Positions 38,030 through 49,440 of a stretch of 64,000 nt of DNA are shown piece by piece (within the stretch, counting starts at the first letter, position 1; each line of letters starts with the position of its first letter). The notes under the pieces were generated by a model. That model did no database searches, had not been told where the DNA came from, and saw only the letters and a list, made by a program, of their open reading frames with translations. Origin of the DNA: Lama glama (lineage: Eukaryota); assembly GCA_028534125.1 (NCBI GenBank), contig CM052818.1, positions 24,368,001 to 24,432,000 on the forward strand, given 5' to 3'. Made by a program: the position numbers and the translations under genes.

Positions 38030-38760
38030 TCTTGACGTCAACCCAGAGCCTCACAAGTAAAAGAGTCTGCTTTTTTTCTAGTCATAAAAGAGAAAATGTG
38101 AGTTATTTTCTCTATAAAAGAATCCATTGCAGTTATTCTCTGCAGGGTTTGGGGGCGTGGGTGGGGGGGTGAAAGCAGGCCTTTAAATAAATACGTTATT
38201 TACTGAGGAGAGAGTGGGAGGGGATGTGGCGGGGATTTCCTGGGAATAAACCAAGGGTGTTGAAGTCGAGCAGGAGCGTGTGCTGAGCACACTGTCAGGC
38301 TCTGCAGGGAGTCACAGGAAGGAAACAAGCAAGGACTGAAAATCCTGGGACAGACTCAGGGCCACATGTTCCCTGTCTCCTGCGTAGCCGTCCGGCCCTC
38401 GCGGAGCGGGAGGTGTGGCAGCGTCCGCGCCGTCGCCTGAGAACAACTGCGCCGTCGGAGGATGCACGGGGCTCGGACACGGCCAGTCAAACCGCGAGCT
38501 TGGCCACACCCTGCCTTTGTGAATAACCCAGGGTCGTGTGTTCCTGATAAACTTCGGGCTTGAGACGTTTCTGTTTCTGTTTAAAAGAAAGAGCACGGCG
38601 AGGGCGGCAGGCGGAGAGGAAAGAAAGAAGGAAGGAAGGAGGGCGGGAGAGAGACTATCTAGTAACTAATCCTCCGCAGTGGGTGAACGGAACGGCTACC
38701 ATGTGCGACTGAGACCCTGTGTTCTTAATAAACCGATGAGCTACTTCACTTTGAGTCATA
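38030..38760. promoter_or_regulatory. small CpG island; candidate promoter or strong enhancer
   Basis: About 19 CpGs in 38381-38497 and ~30 by 38740; CRE tgacgtca 38033-38040; TATAAAAG 38113-38120; GC boxes; kB ggggatttcc 38231-38240; KLF ggccacaccc 38502-38511; GATA 38544-38550; AP-1 38752-38758; no interspersed repeat seen. Confidence 0.6.
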
Positions 38761-39174
38761 TTTAGAACAAAACGTTTCCCCTGACAGTGACAACAAAAGG
38801 AAAGAACACTTCTCCATAGTTAGAAAATAATATATATATATATTGACGGTCTGATCCTGTTTAAGTGTACAATGGAAATTTAAATAATCCTGCTTGTAGG
38901 TTCAGGAAGTGCCCCTGAAATAGCCTCATCTTAACTTTGACCCCTTTTTATCCTTGTCTGTTCAAAACCAGATGCAGCTCCCATTCCTTGGTTTTTCTGA
39001 ACGTTTCCCCCAGATGTAAGTCCTTTCTTCCTTCTCACGCACAGTATCAATTCATACCACCTCTTTACTTTCAATCTAGAGTCTGTTTAAAAGCTAAAAG
39101 CTCTTTACCAATTCTTTTAAGCTCATCATAGTTCCATCCTGCAGATTTCTGTTTAGGATATCTCCATCTCTTTT

Positions 39175-39197
39175 TATATATATATATATATATATAT
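39175..39197. repeat. (TA)n microsatellite
   Basis: Directly visible. Confidence 0.9.
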
Positions 39198-39210
39198 GTT
39201 TATTTATAAC

Positions 39211-39331
39211 TAGGGTGACTACATGTCTCAGTGTGCATAAGACAATCTTGGTTTACACATATTGTAATCATTAATAGTGCTCCTTCTTCTCACTGTGCCC
39301 CAGTTTGGAACATAAACCGTATGGTAACTCT
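39211..39331. mobile_element. MER94-like hAT-Blackjack MITE
   Basis: Imperfect terminal inverted repeats tagggtgacta...tggtaactcta; internal attaatagtgctccttcttctcac. Confidence 0.7.
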
Positions 39332-40290
39332 ATTTATAGTTTGCATGGAAATGAGCAAACTATTTTTACAGGCTTCTTTTTATTCTAATAAATCTTTTAA
39401 AAAATTAAACTCATGAAACTAGAATCACCTCTCCTAATTTTCTCATGCCCATTCGAAAGCAAAATAAGCACCTAATAAGAGGTCTATCTTTCCGATACTA
39501 TTTCAGATCACTTAAACATTTTGTAGTATTTCTCAATCCCTGCCATACATTTAAAGTTTAGTTAAACATTCCTGGAAGTTGCTTGAGTAGGAGAGTTTAT
39601 CTTTGTTGTGTTTTCTCCTCCAAAAGCTGGGTAAGGGGCAGATAAACATCAACTTGCAGATATTTTGGTCATATAGTCTCTTATAATGCCACTCTGTTAA
39701 TTTTACATTATGCTGCTTCTTGGTACTTGAATTTTGCCTTAACAAATATTTGTGGAATGGGTGTTAATCCAATTTCAATTTGAGGATTTTTAAAAGAAGA
39801 TTATGACAGGCAAGTAAGCCAGAAATCCAGATTTGTTTTATGTCAAATAGATTAATCATTCAGTTATTTTTAGTTAAGGAAATTGATCTTAAAAAAAAAC
39901 AGGAAAAGAAATAATTTGAGACTCAAATAACTGAAGAAATAACTGGCAATTCTATTTGAGCTTTTGGGGGGCAGCAGTTTCTTATGTGAGTCTATTAAAG
40001 TCTCAAGTTTCTCCTGTTTGTATTCCACATCCTGAAAAAGAAATACTGATAAAATTAGGCTGATTATTTGTCAAGTAGATACTATGCTATGGATGTCAAT
40101 CTTTATAGGTTTTCAAGAAAAATGATCATCAGCTTTGTATTTTGTAATAAAGACACTGGGAGCTCTTGAAAAAGAAAGCATTAGAGTTGTCTATGTGATA
40201 TTGCTTTACAAAGAATTAAGGATATTTCAGCAAATAGTCTTCCCTTATGTCAAAAACCTCTGAATCTATCATTAGTTCATTTTAATTGTT

Positions 40291-40657
40291 ATTTTTTTAA
40301 ATTGAAGTATAGTCAGTTACAATGTATCGATTTCTTGTGTACAGCATAATGTCCCAGCCATATATATAATTACTTATATTTGTTTTAATATTCTTTTTCA
40401 TTAAAGGTTATTATAAGATATTGAATATAGTTCCCTGTGCTATACAGAAGAAATTTGGTTTTTTATCTATTTTTGTGTATACTAGTTAATATTTGCAAAT
40501 CTCGAACTCCCAAATTCATCCCTTCCTACCCTCTTTCCTCCCTGTAACTGTAAGATTGTTTATTATGTCTGCAAGTCTGTTTCCGTTTTGTAGATGAGTT
40601 CATTAGTGTCTTCTTTTTTCTTTTTTTATATTCCACATATGAGTGATATCATATGGA
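40291..40657 (-). mobile_element. L1 3' fragment (young subfamily)
   Basis: tttttttaaattgaagtatagtcagttacaatg...ttccacatatgagtgatatcatatgg. Confidence 0.9.
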
Positions 40658-40849
40658 GGAAAAAAATACCATTTTAGTGTTTATTAATCAAATGAATTTT
40701 TAATTATAAAAGCTCTTGGACTAAAATTGTAGTAGCAATGGAATGGAATGGGACTCTTCCTTCTTGAACAATGATAAATGTCTTAATTTGTTTATCTTTA
40801 AATATGGATTAGAATCTACCATAAAGGCATAAATGGTTGTTCTAAGGAC

Positions 40850-40925
40850 TAAATATATATATAATATTTATTAATTTATTATTAATAATTAATTTACTTA
40901 TTAAGTATAATAATTATATATATTA
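40850..40925. repeat. AT-rich low-complexity tract
   Basis: Almost pure A/T. Confidence 0.8.
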
Positions 40926-42939
40926 CCCAATCCATAATACATGAAAGACACTTCTATAAGTGGCATGTATACAATGATCATTGTTATATTTCACACTAAA
41001 TTGATTAAATCAATAACGTTCATACTTGGCTTAATGGCAGCTTGTGAAGATATTAAACGTGCAAATTATGGATTCCTTTTCCTTCAACAAACGTTTATGG
41101 ATTGCTTATACCTACTCTGGGATAGTTCCTTAAAATTAAAAAAATAAATCAAATAGTTCTCTCATTCGACAAGCTTAGCTGATAAACGAAGGGGTGTCCT
41201 GGAAACCCTACTCTTATATAATGCAAAGCCACAGAGAAGCCTTCTGAAGTCATTACCAATGCAATCGTTTCCTTCGCTCATTTAGTGAAGTGTAACAGGA
41301 GGAGGAAGGGTCAAGGAAACTGATTTCCTGCTTAAGAACATAAGAATTCTGTGAATAAATGTCATATCAACTCTAGTGGCAGGCGTCATGCATGAGCCTT
41401 TCCATTATCACAGCGATTCAGCCACAGATCCTAAGATGACAAATGAGTGACACGATTACTCAGTTGCATCAGAGAGTAGAAGCCTAATAAATGCCTGTGA
41501 ATTGATGAAAAATGAGTAGGAAACACTTGGCGTACCGGTATCTCAGGTGATTCATAATTTGGAAGGTAACAGCCCATAGACCTCACTCCTTAGTGAGAGC
41601 CTTCTGGTCTGTTTTCAGATCACTGCCTGCCTGAGGATGTCACACGAGGGGCTCTCTCTCCATCCTTTCCAATGAACAGAATCTCAGAACTGATGTCAGT
41701 GGTCATACTGGTCATGAACATCTTAGATCATTGGCTTGTGTGAACCATCCACCAGAATATCAGAAAAATCAATTACCTGCCTTCACGGATGTTTTCTCTG
41801 CAATGTTAAAGTAATTATTTGACAAGGGGAAAATCCATCTGTTGGATTTCTATGACAGAAAGAGATGTAACTGGGACTTTGGTAAATAAACAAGTTTCAT
41901 CTCCCTTTTAATTTGTAGTGAGGAAATTGAGACAGTGGAACCGTAAGTAGGTGTATGACCTTGAAAAAATAATTGGAGACAAATGTAACACAGGGTTTCC
42001 GACTGTCAAACCAGGAATTTTACAGGCTTTCACCTTTGGTTTGCATGCCTCTTTCTCACTTGCATTCCCTCCCGCTGCATGATTAGAGTGGGAAGTGGGA
42101 AGTCCATGGGGGCTGGCTGTAAGGATGAAGGAATAAAAGATGTTGATGACTAACAGCCAAATTGGCTAGTTTTGTTGCGGGCTGTGACTGATAGAATGTT
42201 CCGAGGGCACAGGGAGTGAAGAGGTCAGCCACATCTGATTTTAATGCATTTTCATTTCATCAGATGCTCTTTTGAGGAGACTCTTAAAAGATCAAGTTTA
42301 AAAAATAGTGAAAATGGAAGAAAATGTCCCTTTTAAGTAGGATCTACTATGTTACATGATCCATGTAAGATCAAGCCATTCCTCACTCTTCTTAACAATG
42401 AGATGCACATCAAAGTGATTCAAAGAGGAAATGTTAAGAGTTTAAAGAGACTTGACATTGCTCAGCTGCTAGTGATTTTCTTATTATTTAATAAATTCCC
42501 GAGCTTGGGCAGATTCCATTCTTCTTCCTTTTTAACATCAAATTGCAGTTTGATATGGATTTGTTTAGGGTTGTCCATAGCTTGAATCTTACGTGAAGTG
42601 CCAGGAAAGCAGGCTATATGTCTGGAAAGCCATCAGCTAATCCCAGGTACCACAGACCAGCCAACTAACTAGAGAAGTGGTGTGAGACGTAATAGTTGAG
42701 GGAATAGTGGGATGCTGGAGGATAAGGTTGCCCTCTCTTCATCTGGCCAATATTTGAATCAGTGTCTTGATGAAGACATTGGATGTTTATTAAGTTGGCA
42801 CTGAATAACAGAATAATTCTTCAAAATTTTTTCTGGAAAAAGCTGAATATATATAAAAGTGTATTATGTGACACTTGAATTAAAAATAGAAAACCTGCAA
42901 CTGTACAGACTGTGACTTAGATAATACGAAGGCGATGAC

Positions 42940-43260
42940 AGCGACAGCAAATACTGTGTTTAAGTCCCAGTTCTATGCATGGTTCTGTACTTGGCGGTTT
43001 ATCTACATTCGGTATCCTTTATCGTGTGTTTTTATTTTTTAAATTTAATTTTATTTATTATTTTTCTTAGGGAGGTAGTTAAGTTTGTTTCTTTATTTAT
43101 TTAATGGAGGTACTGGGGATTGAATCCAGGACCTCATGCATGCTAAGCAAGCGTTCTACCACTGAGCTATACCACCCCCCCACTATATTCTGACTCCTTG
43201 CAACAGCTTTACAAGGGAGATACCATAATTCCCATATAGTAGATGGAGAAATCATCCACT
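42940..43260 (-). mobile_element. MIR SINE interrupted by a vic-1 SINE
   Basis: ttctatgcatggttctgtacttggcggttt...tccttgcaacagctttacaagggagatac...agatggagaaa. Confidence 0.55.
43029..43181 (-). mobile_element. tRNA-Ala-derived SINE (vic-1 type)
   Basis: tggaggtactggggattgaatccaggacctcatgcatgctaagcaagcgttctaccactgagctatacc with a T-rich tail. Confidence 0.9.
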
Positions 43261-43839
43261 TATCCAGGGAAACCTTGATTGAATACTTGCTATTTGCTCA
43301 AAAGTCACAAGCCTCAGTGTATTCAGGGTGAATAACAGAGTTATTCCTAGATCCTAAGATGCCACTTGTTTGTTCTGTTACATCATTTGTCTTCATGGAT
43401 GTTAAGTGCACCTCATGGTACGTGGCATATGGCGGGTGTTCAAAAAATAGCATTTTCTTCCCATGTTTTTTAGGTGCAGCATAGAAGGAAATAATAAGAC
43501 ATTTTAGTTAACTGCAAGGCGTTGCTCACCTAAAATACCTCATAAATTCTTGAAATCTGTGCTGATAAAATATGCTATTTGGGGAAGGGGCAGGAGTATT
43601 GAGGAGAAGAAAGTGAAAGATTAAAGGGAAGCTGCCGTGTTGAGCTCTCATCAGGAATACTGTGTTCAGTTCTCTGTGCCACTTTTGAATAAGGATGTGG
43701 GCAATCCCTCCGGAGGAGGACGGTCAAAATTGTGAACTATCTAGAAGTCGCATGATAAGAGAAGTAATGACGGGAGTGTAGAAGAACTGGGAGTTGGGAG
43801 TCCACCGTAACTTCTTTCAAACATTAAAAATTTTGCCCC

Positions 43840-44198
43840 TAATACCATATAATATTACTCACATGTGGAATCTAAAAAAAAAAAAGAAGAAGACACTAAT
43901 GAACTTGTTTATAAAACAGAAACAGACTCACAGAGGTAGTAACTAATCTTATGATTAGGGAGGGAAGGGAAGCAGGCAGGAATAAATTGGGAGTTTAAGA
44001 TTTGCAAATATTAACTAGTATATATAAAGTAAACAAGTTTCTACTGTATAGCACAGGGAACCATATTAAATATCTTGTAGTAACCTATAATAAAAAAGAG
44101 TATGAAAACGAATGTATGTATATGTATGACTGGCACATTACGCTGTACACTAGAAATTGACACATTGTAACTGACTATACTTCAATTTTTTAAAAAAA
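43840..44198 (+). mobile_element. L1 3' fragment (young subfamily) nested in L3
   Basis: ataccatataatattactcacatgtggaatctaaaaa...aaacagactcacag...ttgacacattgtaactgactatacttcaa. Confidence 0.9.
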
Positions 44199-45118
44199 GT
44201 TACCGATGGGAGGAATCGTTTAGAGCTCCAGAAAGGCAGGATGATGGCTAGTGGAGGAAGGTTGAATGAAGGAGATTTCTGCCTCATGTGGGGAGCTTTC
44301 CGGCAGGCAGAACTCCTCCCACGTGGGACCATGGGAAGGGCTGCTTAGTGAGGCATGCCTTCTTGCGTGCATTTAATTGTTTGCTCAGGAAGCGGGTGTT
44401 GAACCTCTCCTATAAAGAACATATGGCCTAGAGGATGATTGATACTGCCAAAGCGCTCAGCCAGGTGACAAAGGAAGCCCTGAGCATGAATTGAATAGCA
44501 ACTGGAAAGGTCCATGCTGCAGAGAACCAAAGAAAAGAAGAAAGCCTCATGACATGGCGTGAGGCCCAGTGGGCCCCTTAATCCTGCTGCCTCCCAGTAG
44601 AATGAAGTAAGGCGAAATTAAATAGAGTCAGGGTTGAACAATTATCCCAAATATCCCTGCTGGAGGCTTCAAGTGCACCTGCTAGTTGTCCTACTTAGGA
44701 AAGGGGAAATTCTCATTGTAATTGCATGCATCTTGTAACATTATTTGTCACTTTGATTTCTCTCTGTTAGGTAATAAAACCATTGTCATACTCTCCTAGA
44801 AACGGGAGTATGCCAGGAAAAAAAAACCTTCTCACTGTGTCTACCTGTATTACCTGTTCAGCTGGGTATTTATGTCTTACTTTCCAAATCCAGGGTCCTG
44901 GAACCTGAAAGCTTCCCAGTAGGTGTTTTTGTAACAGTGACAAATCCATCAATTCATTGTTCATTGAGTCTAACGACTATAACATCCATAGGAATTCTTT
45001 ACCCCAGGCACCAACATTTCAATAAAACGTTGAGAAAAAAGAACAGCTTCCAAAAAACTAACCTGCACAAGTGCTGAACACAGAAGGCACTTGATACAAC
45101 AGTTAGGCTCATGTCTGA

Positions 45119-45121
<3 letters not shown>

Positions 45122-45171
<50 letters not shown>
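45122..45171. repeat. (TA)~25 microsatellite
   Basis: Perfect run. Confidence 0.95.
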
Positions 45172-45175
<4 letters not shown>

Positions 45176-45304
45176 CCCCCCTCGTTGGTTACACTCAGTA
45201 GGTAAAATTATTAGCATTATTTTTGGACTGACTCATAAGTATCTTTAGGCTTTCCTCAGATAGCAATGATCTACACTTATATGGAGCATTATATCTGTAG
45301 GGCT

Positions 45305-45535
45305 GGAGGCAGTTTGTATAGTGGTTAAGAGTGGGAGATTTGGAGCCAGATGATTCTAGCTTCTTCACTCATGGGTCATGTGATCTCGGGAACGTTACCA
45401 AGTCTTGGTTTCCTTCTCTGCAAAATGGGGATGATAATGATAATACTTGCCTCTTGGAATGCTAGTAAGGATGATTGATTTAGCTAAGATAGTACCTGGG
45501 AGTGGTTTAGTGCAGTCCTTGGTGCCTAGTAAGTG
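45305..45535 (+). mobile_element. near full-length MIR
   Basis: gtatagtggttaagagtgggagatttggagccaga...ctctgcaaaatggggatgataat...cctagtaagtg. Confidence 0.85.
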
Positions 45536-45548
45536 TGAAGTCTAAGCC

Positions 45549-45875
45549 AACAGCTCTCAAATTGTGCCGATTTCAGAATCACCTGGAATGAGTTTTCAAA
45601 AATACAGATGCCCAGACCTTTCCATGAGAGTATTTTTGTTCGTTTTGTTTTTGTCTTTTTTTGGGGGGGGTAATTAGGTTTTTATTTATTTTAATGGGTG
45701 TACTGGGGATTGAACCCAGGAACTCATGCATGCTAAGCACGCACTCTACCACTGAGCTATACCCTCTTTGAGAGTCTTTAATTAGATGGTTTGGAGATGA
45801 GGCTCAGATAATCAGATTGTGCCCATTTTTCCAAGAAATTCTGATGCACACAAGAACTTGAAAATCACTTGTTGA
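45549..45875. mobile_element. MER5-family DNA transposon interrupted by a SINE
   Basis: tcagaatcacctggaa...aatacagatgcccag...ttctgatgcacac...ttgaaaatcact. Confidence 0.7.
45636..45767 (-). mobile_element. tRNA-Ala-derived SINE (vic-1 type)
   Basis: tactggggattgaacccagg...gctaagcacgcactctaccactgagctatacc; TSD tgagagt[a/c]ttt at 45625-45635 and 45769-45779. Confidence 0.9.
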
Positions 45876-47077
45876 TGATTTTGAATTATTCCTCCTTCTA
45901 AACTTAGCCCGGCCCCAGCAAGTTTACTTAGTCGGCTTAAGATGTAAGGAAAGAAAAGCAAATAATTAGGCTTTCCATGTGCTAGCACTCATTACCATGG
46001 ATACATATTTAGCCCTTCCTTTCCTATCAAACCCTCTTCTGGTCCCTTGTTGTCATGCTCTTTTCAGCCCTGACCCGCACCCCCAGGAAATCCGTGCTGT
46101 CAGGGTACACTGAGTAGCCAGAGCAGTGATATCAAAGAACTTCAGATATCATGGCAAGGAATGAAGCCAATACCAATGTCAGTTTTCCAATGTAATGAAA
46201 ATAAAACACAATTTTTTTTAAATTGAGGAAATATCACAATTTACTGTCTTGTTTACATGCTTCCATGATTTTCAAATAAAAATAGTTCTCAGATAAGAAT
46301 CACATAAGTGATAGACTTAATAGGGTTTGAAGAATTCTATATTCAAGTTACACATTGAGCATGATTCATTTTTTCAGTTTCTACCTTTTTTTAAAAAAAG
46401 CACAATGCAGAGTAACATTTTTAACAAATATTTAATTAATAATTAATAATTATTATTCCAATTTTTAGTTGTCGGCAGATAGCCATGTGTGTTTTTGTTT
46501 TAAAGGATATTGGGTCAACCCATAATTAACCCATAGTTGTGTAGTGTTGTAGATTTTCACTTAAAAAAAAGTTGCTTTCGGTTTTTTAATTTCTGTCAGT
46601 GTCTGGTTTGTCAGGGATTTGTTGACATGAGTCAGAATTCTACTCCAGCCTTAATCTAAACAGCTATTTTCCCCTAACTCAGAAAAATGTGAATCAGAGA
46701 ACCAATATGATAACACGATGTAGGTAGTTTATCTTATTACAACTGCCTTCTATCAGTCTGAGAAGTGATGGATGCTGTCTGTCTCCAGCCTGGAGTGAAT
46801 ATCAGAGAGAAATTGAGCAGAGAGTCTAGAAAATGGAATCTCGGCTTGAGCCAGGGAGAAATTTGCCCTGTCTCTGCCATAGGTATCTTCAGAGAAGCTG
46901 AACTTTTAAATAAATGACAAACTTAACTCTGGGAGAATTTACTGGTCAATGTTACTAATACTACTAAAATAAGTATTATCAGTTTAAGAAAAATTTGGAA
47001 CATTCACTGCACCAGTGAACAAAATAAACAAATTTTCTGCCCTCGTGGAGTTTAAATTTGAGTGGAAGCAAGCATCC

Positions 47078-47115
47078 ATGAGTGAATGAATGAATGAATG
47101 GGTGAGTGAATGAAT
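47078..47115. repeat. (TGAA)n tract, probably L2-tail derived
   Basis: Directly visible. Confidence 0.7.
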
Positions 47116-47487
47116 AGGTCAGAGAATGACAACACCAGGCAGGTGAGAGAGAAGACTTTTGGGGCTAGAAAAGGCCCTGAAACCTGGTTATTTTTCTTAT
47201 CCTGATGAGACTGAAATTAGATATTGGCCACCCTGAAATACTGGACTACTACTGAGTAATAGATGAAGAGAAAACTCAAAATGGGTCTGGCAGCCCTGTA
47301 GGGCCCCCTGCATGTGAAACAAGATTCCCACTTGAAAATATGCTCAGGGAAGACATGAGAAGGAGCAGAGATCAGGAGGGTTGCATAAGAATTCTATCAG
47401 GCAAAATCTGCAGGAGGGGCATTGGCATTGGCCTAATATATTATTACTGTGTTCATTTTGTAGTAGCTTCCTCCTGTGAATTGACTT

Positions 47488-47917
47488 ATTTTTTTATTAA
47501 AGTGTAATTGATTTACAATGTTGTGTTAGTTTCTGGGGTACAGCACAGTGACTCAGATATATATTCTTTTTCACTAAAGGTTATTGCAAACTATTGAATA
47601 TAGTTCCCTGTGCTATCCAGTAGGACCTTGTTGTTTATTTTATATACAATAGTTTGTATCTGAAAATCCCAAACTTCTAATGTATCCTTACCCTGCTTTC
47701 CCCTTTGTAACCATAAGTTTGTTTTCTATGTCTGTGAGTCTCTTTCTGGTTTATAAATAAGTTCATTTGTATCGTATTTTTAGATTCCACACATAAGTGA
47801 TACCCTATAATATTTGTCTTTTAATGTCTTACTTAACTTGACTCAGCATGATAATCTCTAGATCCATCCATGTTGCTGTAAATGGTGTTACCTCATTCTT
47901 TTTTATGGCTGAGTAAT

Positions 47918-47961
<44 letters not shown>

Positions 47962-48132
47962 ACACACACACCCCCCCTACATCTTCATTATCCAGTCATC
48001 TGTTGATGGACATTTAGGTTGCTTCCATGTCTTGGCTATTGTAAATAGTGCTGCTATGGACATTGGGTGCACGTATCTTTTCAAGTTAGAATTTTATCCA
48101 GATATATGCCCAGGAGTGGGATTAGTGGATCA
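47488..48132 (-). mobile_element. L1 3' region (~645 bp) with an internal (CA)n at 47920-47970
   Basis: atttacaatgttgtgttagtttctggggtacagc...gttgatggacatttaggttgcttccatgtcttggctattgtaaatagtg; imperfect TSD gtgaatt..ctt at 47476-47487 and 48133-48144. Confidence 0.9.
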
Positions 48133-48147
48133 GTGAATTACCTTCTT

Positions 48148-48260
48148 ATCAGGGGAACTTGTTAGAAAAGCAAATTCCAGACCCCATCCCAGAGCTACTG
48201 AATCAGGAACTGGGGCTCTGCACTCTTTGTCTAATAGGACCACTGGGGCATTCTGGAGCC
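48148..48260. mobile_element. MER5A fragment
   Basis: gaacttgttagaaaagcaaattccagaccccatcccagagctactgaatcag. Confidence 0.7.
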
Positions 48261-48859
48261 TTGTTTTCGAAGAGGCTCCTACATTGGGAAGGAACTTGAT
48301 TCTGTCTTCCCATTCCTTCTCTAGAAAGAATTTTATTAAATCAGACTATTTACTGGCTCCTGAGGACCCCTTATTAAGGTAAGGGAGCTCTTTGAAGTTG
48401 TCTGCAGGATCTCTGAGGATATGATGGTGGGGAAAAGCCTCTGTTGCGTGAGGCCTGGGTACTCCATTTCTTGTTCTCCGCTGCACAGCATCACAAAACC
48501 TGCTCAAATGGTAATAAAATCACATGATTCTATTCAGGGCAGCCTAGAATGTGATAAATAAGGATTTAAAAAATGGCTCACAATTGAATGAGCTGATATG
48601 GAAAGTGCCTGTGGAGGGAGGCAAAGCTGGGTTGACATTCACAGGGCTCGTTGGCTCTCAGGCACACCACATCAGAGCCAAGGTCTCCACAACATGGGGG
48701 CAGCCAGGTGTGCTGAGAATGTGTTAGAGTGTGGCTGTCCTGCCCACAGGTTCTGGCCTCAAGTTGCATAGGTTCAAATCTTTATTCCATAACAGCACTT
48801 GAAAGTGAATACTTTTATCAACTGTATTTTACAAGGAACTGAGGACACTGTGGTTCTAT

Positions 48860-49130
48860 TTTATCATCTGTAAGATGGGAATAATGTTAATAATAATAGT
48901 AATAATAGTAAACATTTGTTGAGTGCTTACCAGGCACCAGGCACTGTACTAAGCCATGTATACGCCATTTAATCCTCCCAACAGCACTCTAAATTAGGGA
49001 CGATTATTATCCCCATTTTGCAGATGAGAAAACTGAGAAAAAGGAAAATTAAATAATATATCCAGAAGCATACAACTGATTTAGCAGAAGAACATGCCTA
49101 AAGAACCGGGCAGTCTGGCTTAGCTGCTGT
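48860..49130 (-). mobile_element. MIR SINE (with a short opposite-strand MIR piece at the left)
   Basis: aacatttgttgagtgcttaccaggcaccaggcactg...ccccattttgcagatgagaaaactgag. Confidence 0.85.
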
Positions 49131-49239
49131 TACACATTAATGTTTTAATGCTCAAATTCTAACTTTAGATTCACCGTTATCCACAGGTAGTACAAGCACA
49201 TCTTAAAGTCAAATATGAATGACTTCTGAATTGTCTGTC

Positions 49240-49440
49240 TGTCAAACTCCTTTTCATTTTTCCAGGTCCACCTTCAATGCTACCTTCTCAGTGAAGCCTT
49301 CTCATGACTCCCCCTTTAAAGTTCTCACCTCGCACACTTGAACTGATTATGTCTCTCTCTCTCTCTGAACAATAAAGTAAGAGATCTTGAAGCATAGGAA
49401 TTGCTTTATTTACTTGTCTTTTTCTAGCTCTTGGCATATA
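49240..49440 (+). mobile_element. L2 3' fragment
   Basis: caatgctaccttctcagtgaagccttctc...ttgaagcataggaa. Confidence 0.6.

Larger units (their letters stand above)
42730..44430 (+). mobile_element. L3/CR1 LINE remnant split by later insertions
   Basis: Collinear CR1-like pieces at ~42730-42920 (atcagtgtcttgatgaagacat), ~43480-43830 (ggaatactgtgttcagttctctgtgccac) and ~44200-44430 (ctccagaaaggcagga...gagatttc). Confidence 0.6.

Noticed and set aside
38295..38596. Arg/Ala/Pro-rich minus-strand ORFs in the CpG island
   Set aside because: GC-rich DNA is poor in stop codons; no homology recognised and no clear splice donor linking them to other exons.
41619..41810. Possible + strand exon after tgttttcag (and the isolated acceptor at 21090)
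   Set aside because: Weak or absent donor and stops in all frames; no supporting evidence.
47882..48136. ORF containing SSVDGHLGCFHVLAIVNSAAM (and similar ORFs at 37094, 57802, 52166, 52617)
   Set aside because: Well-known antisense translations of L1 sequence; any hits to hypothetical proteins would be spurious.
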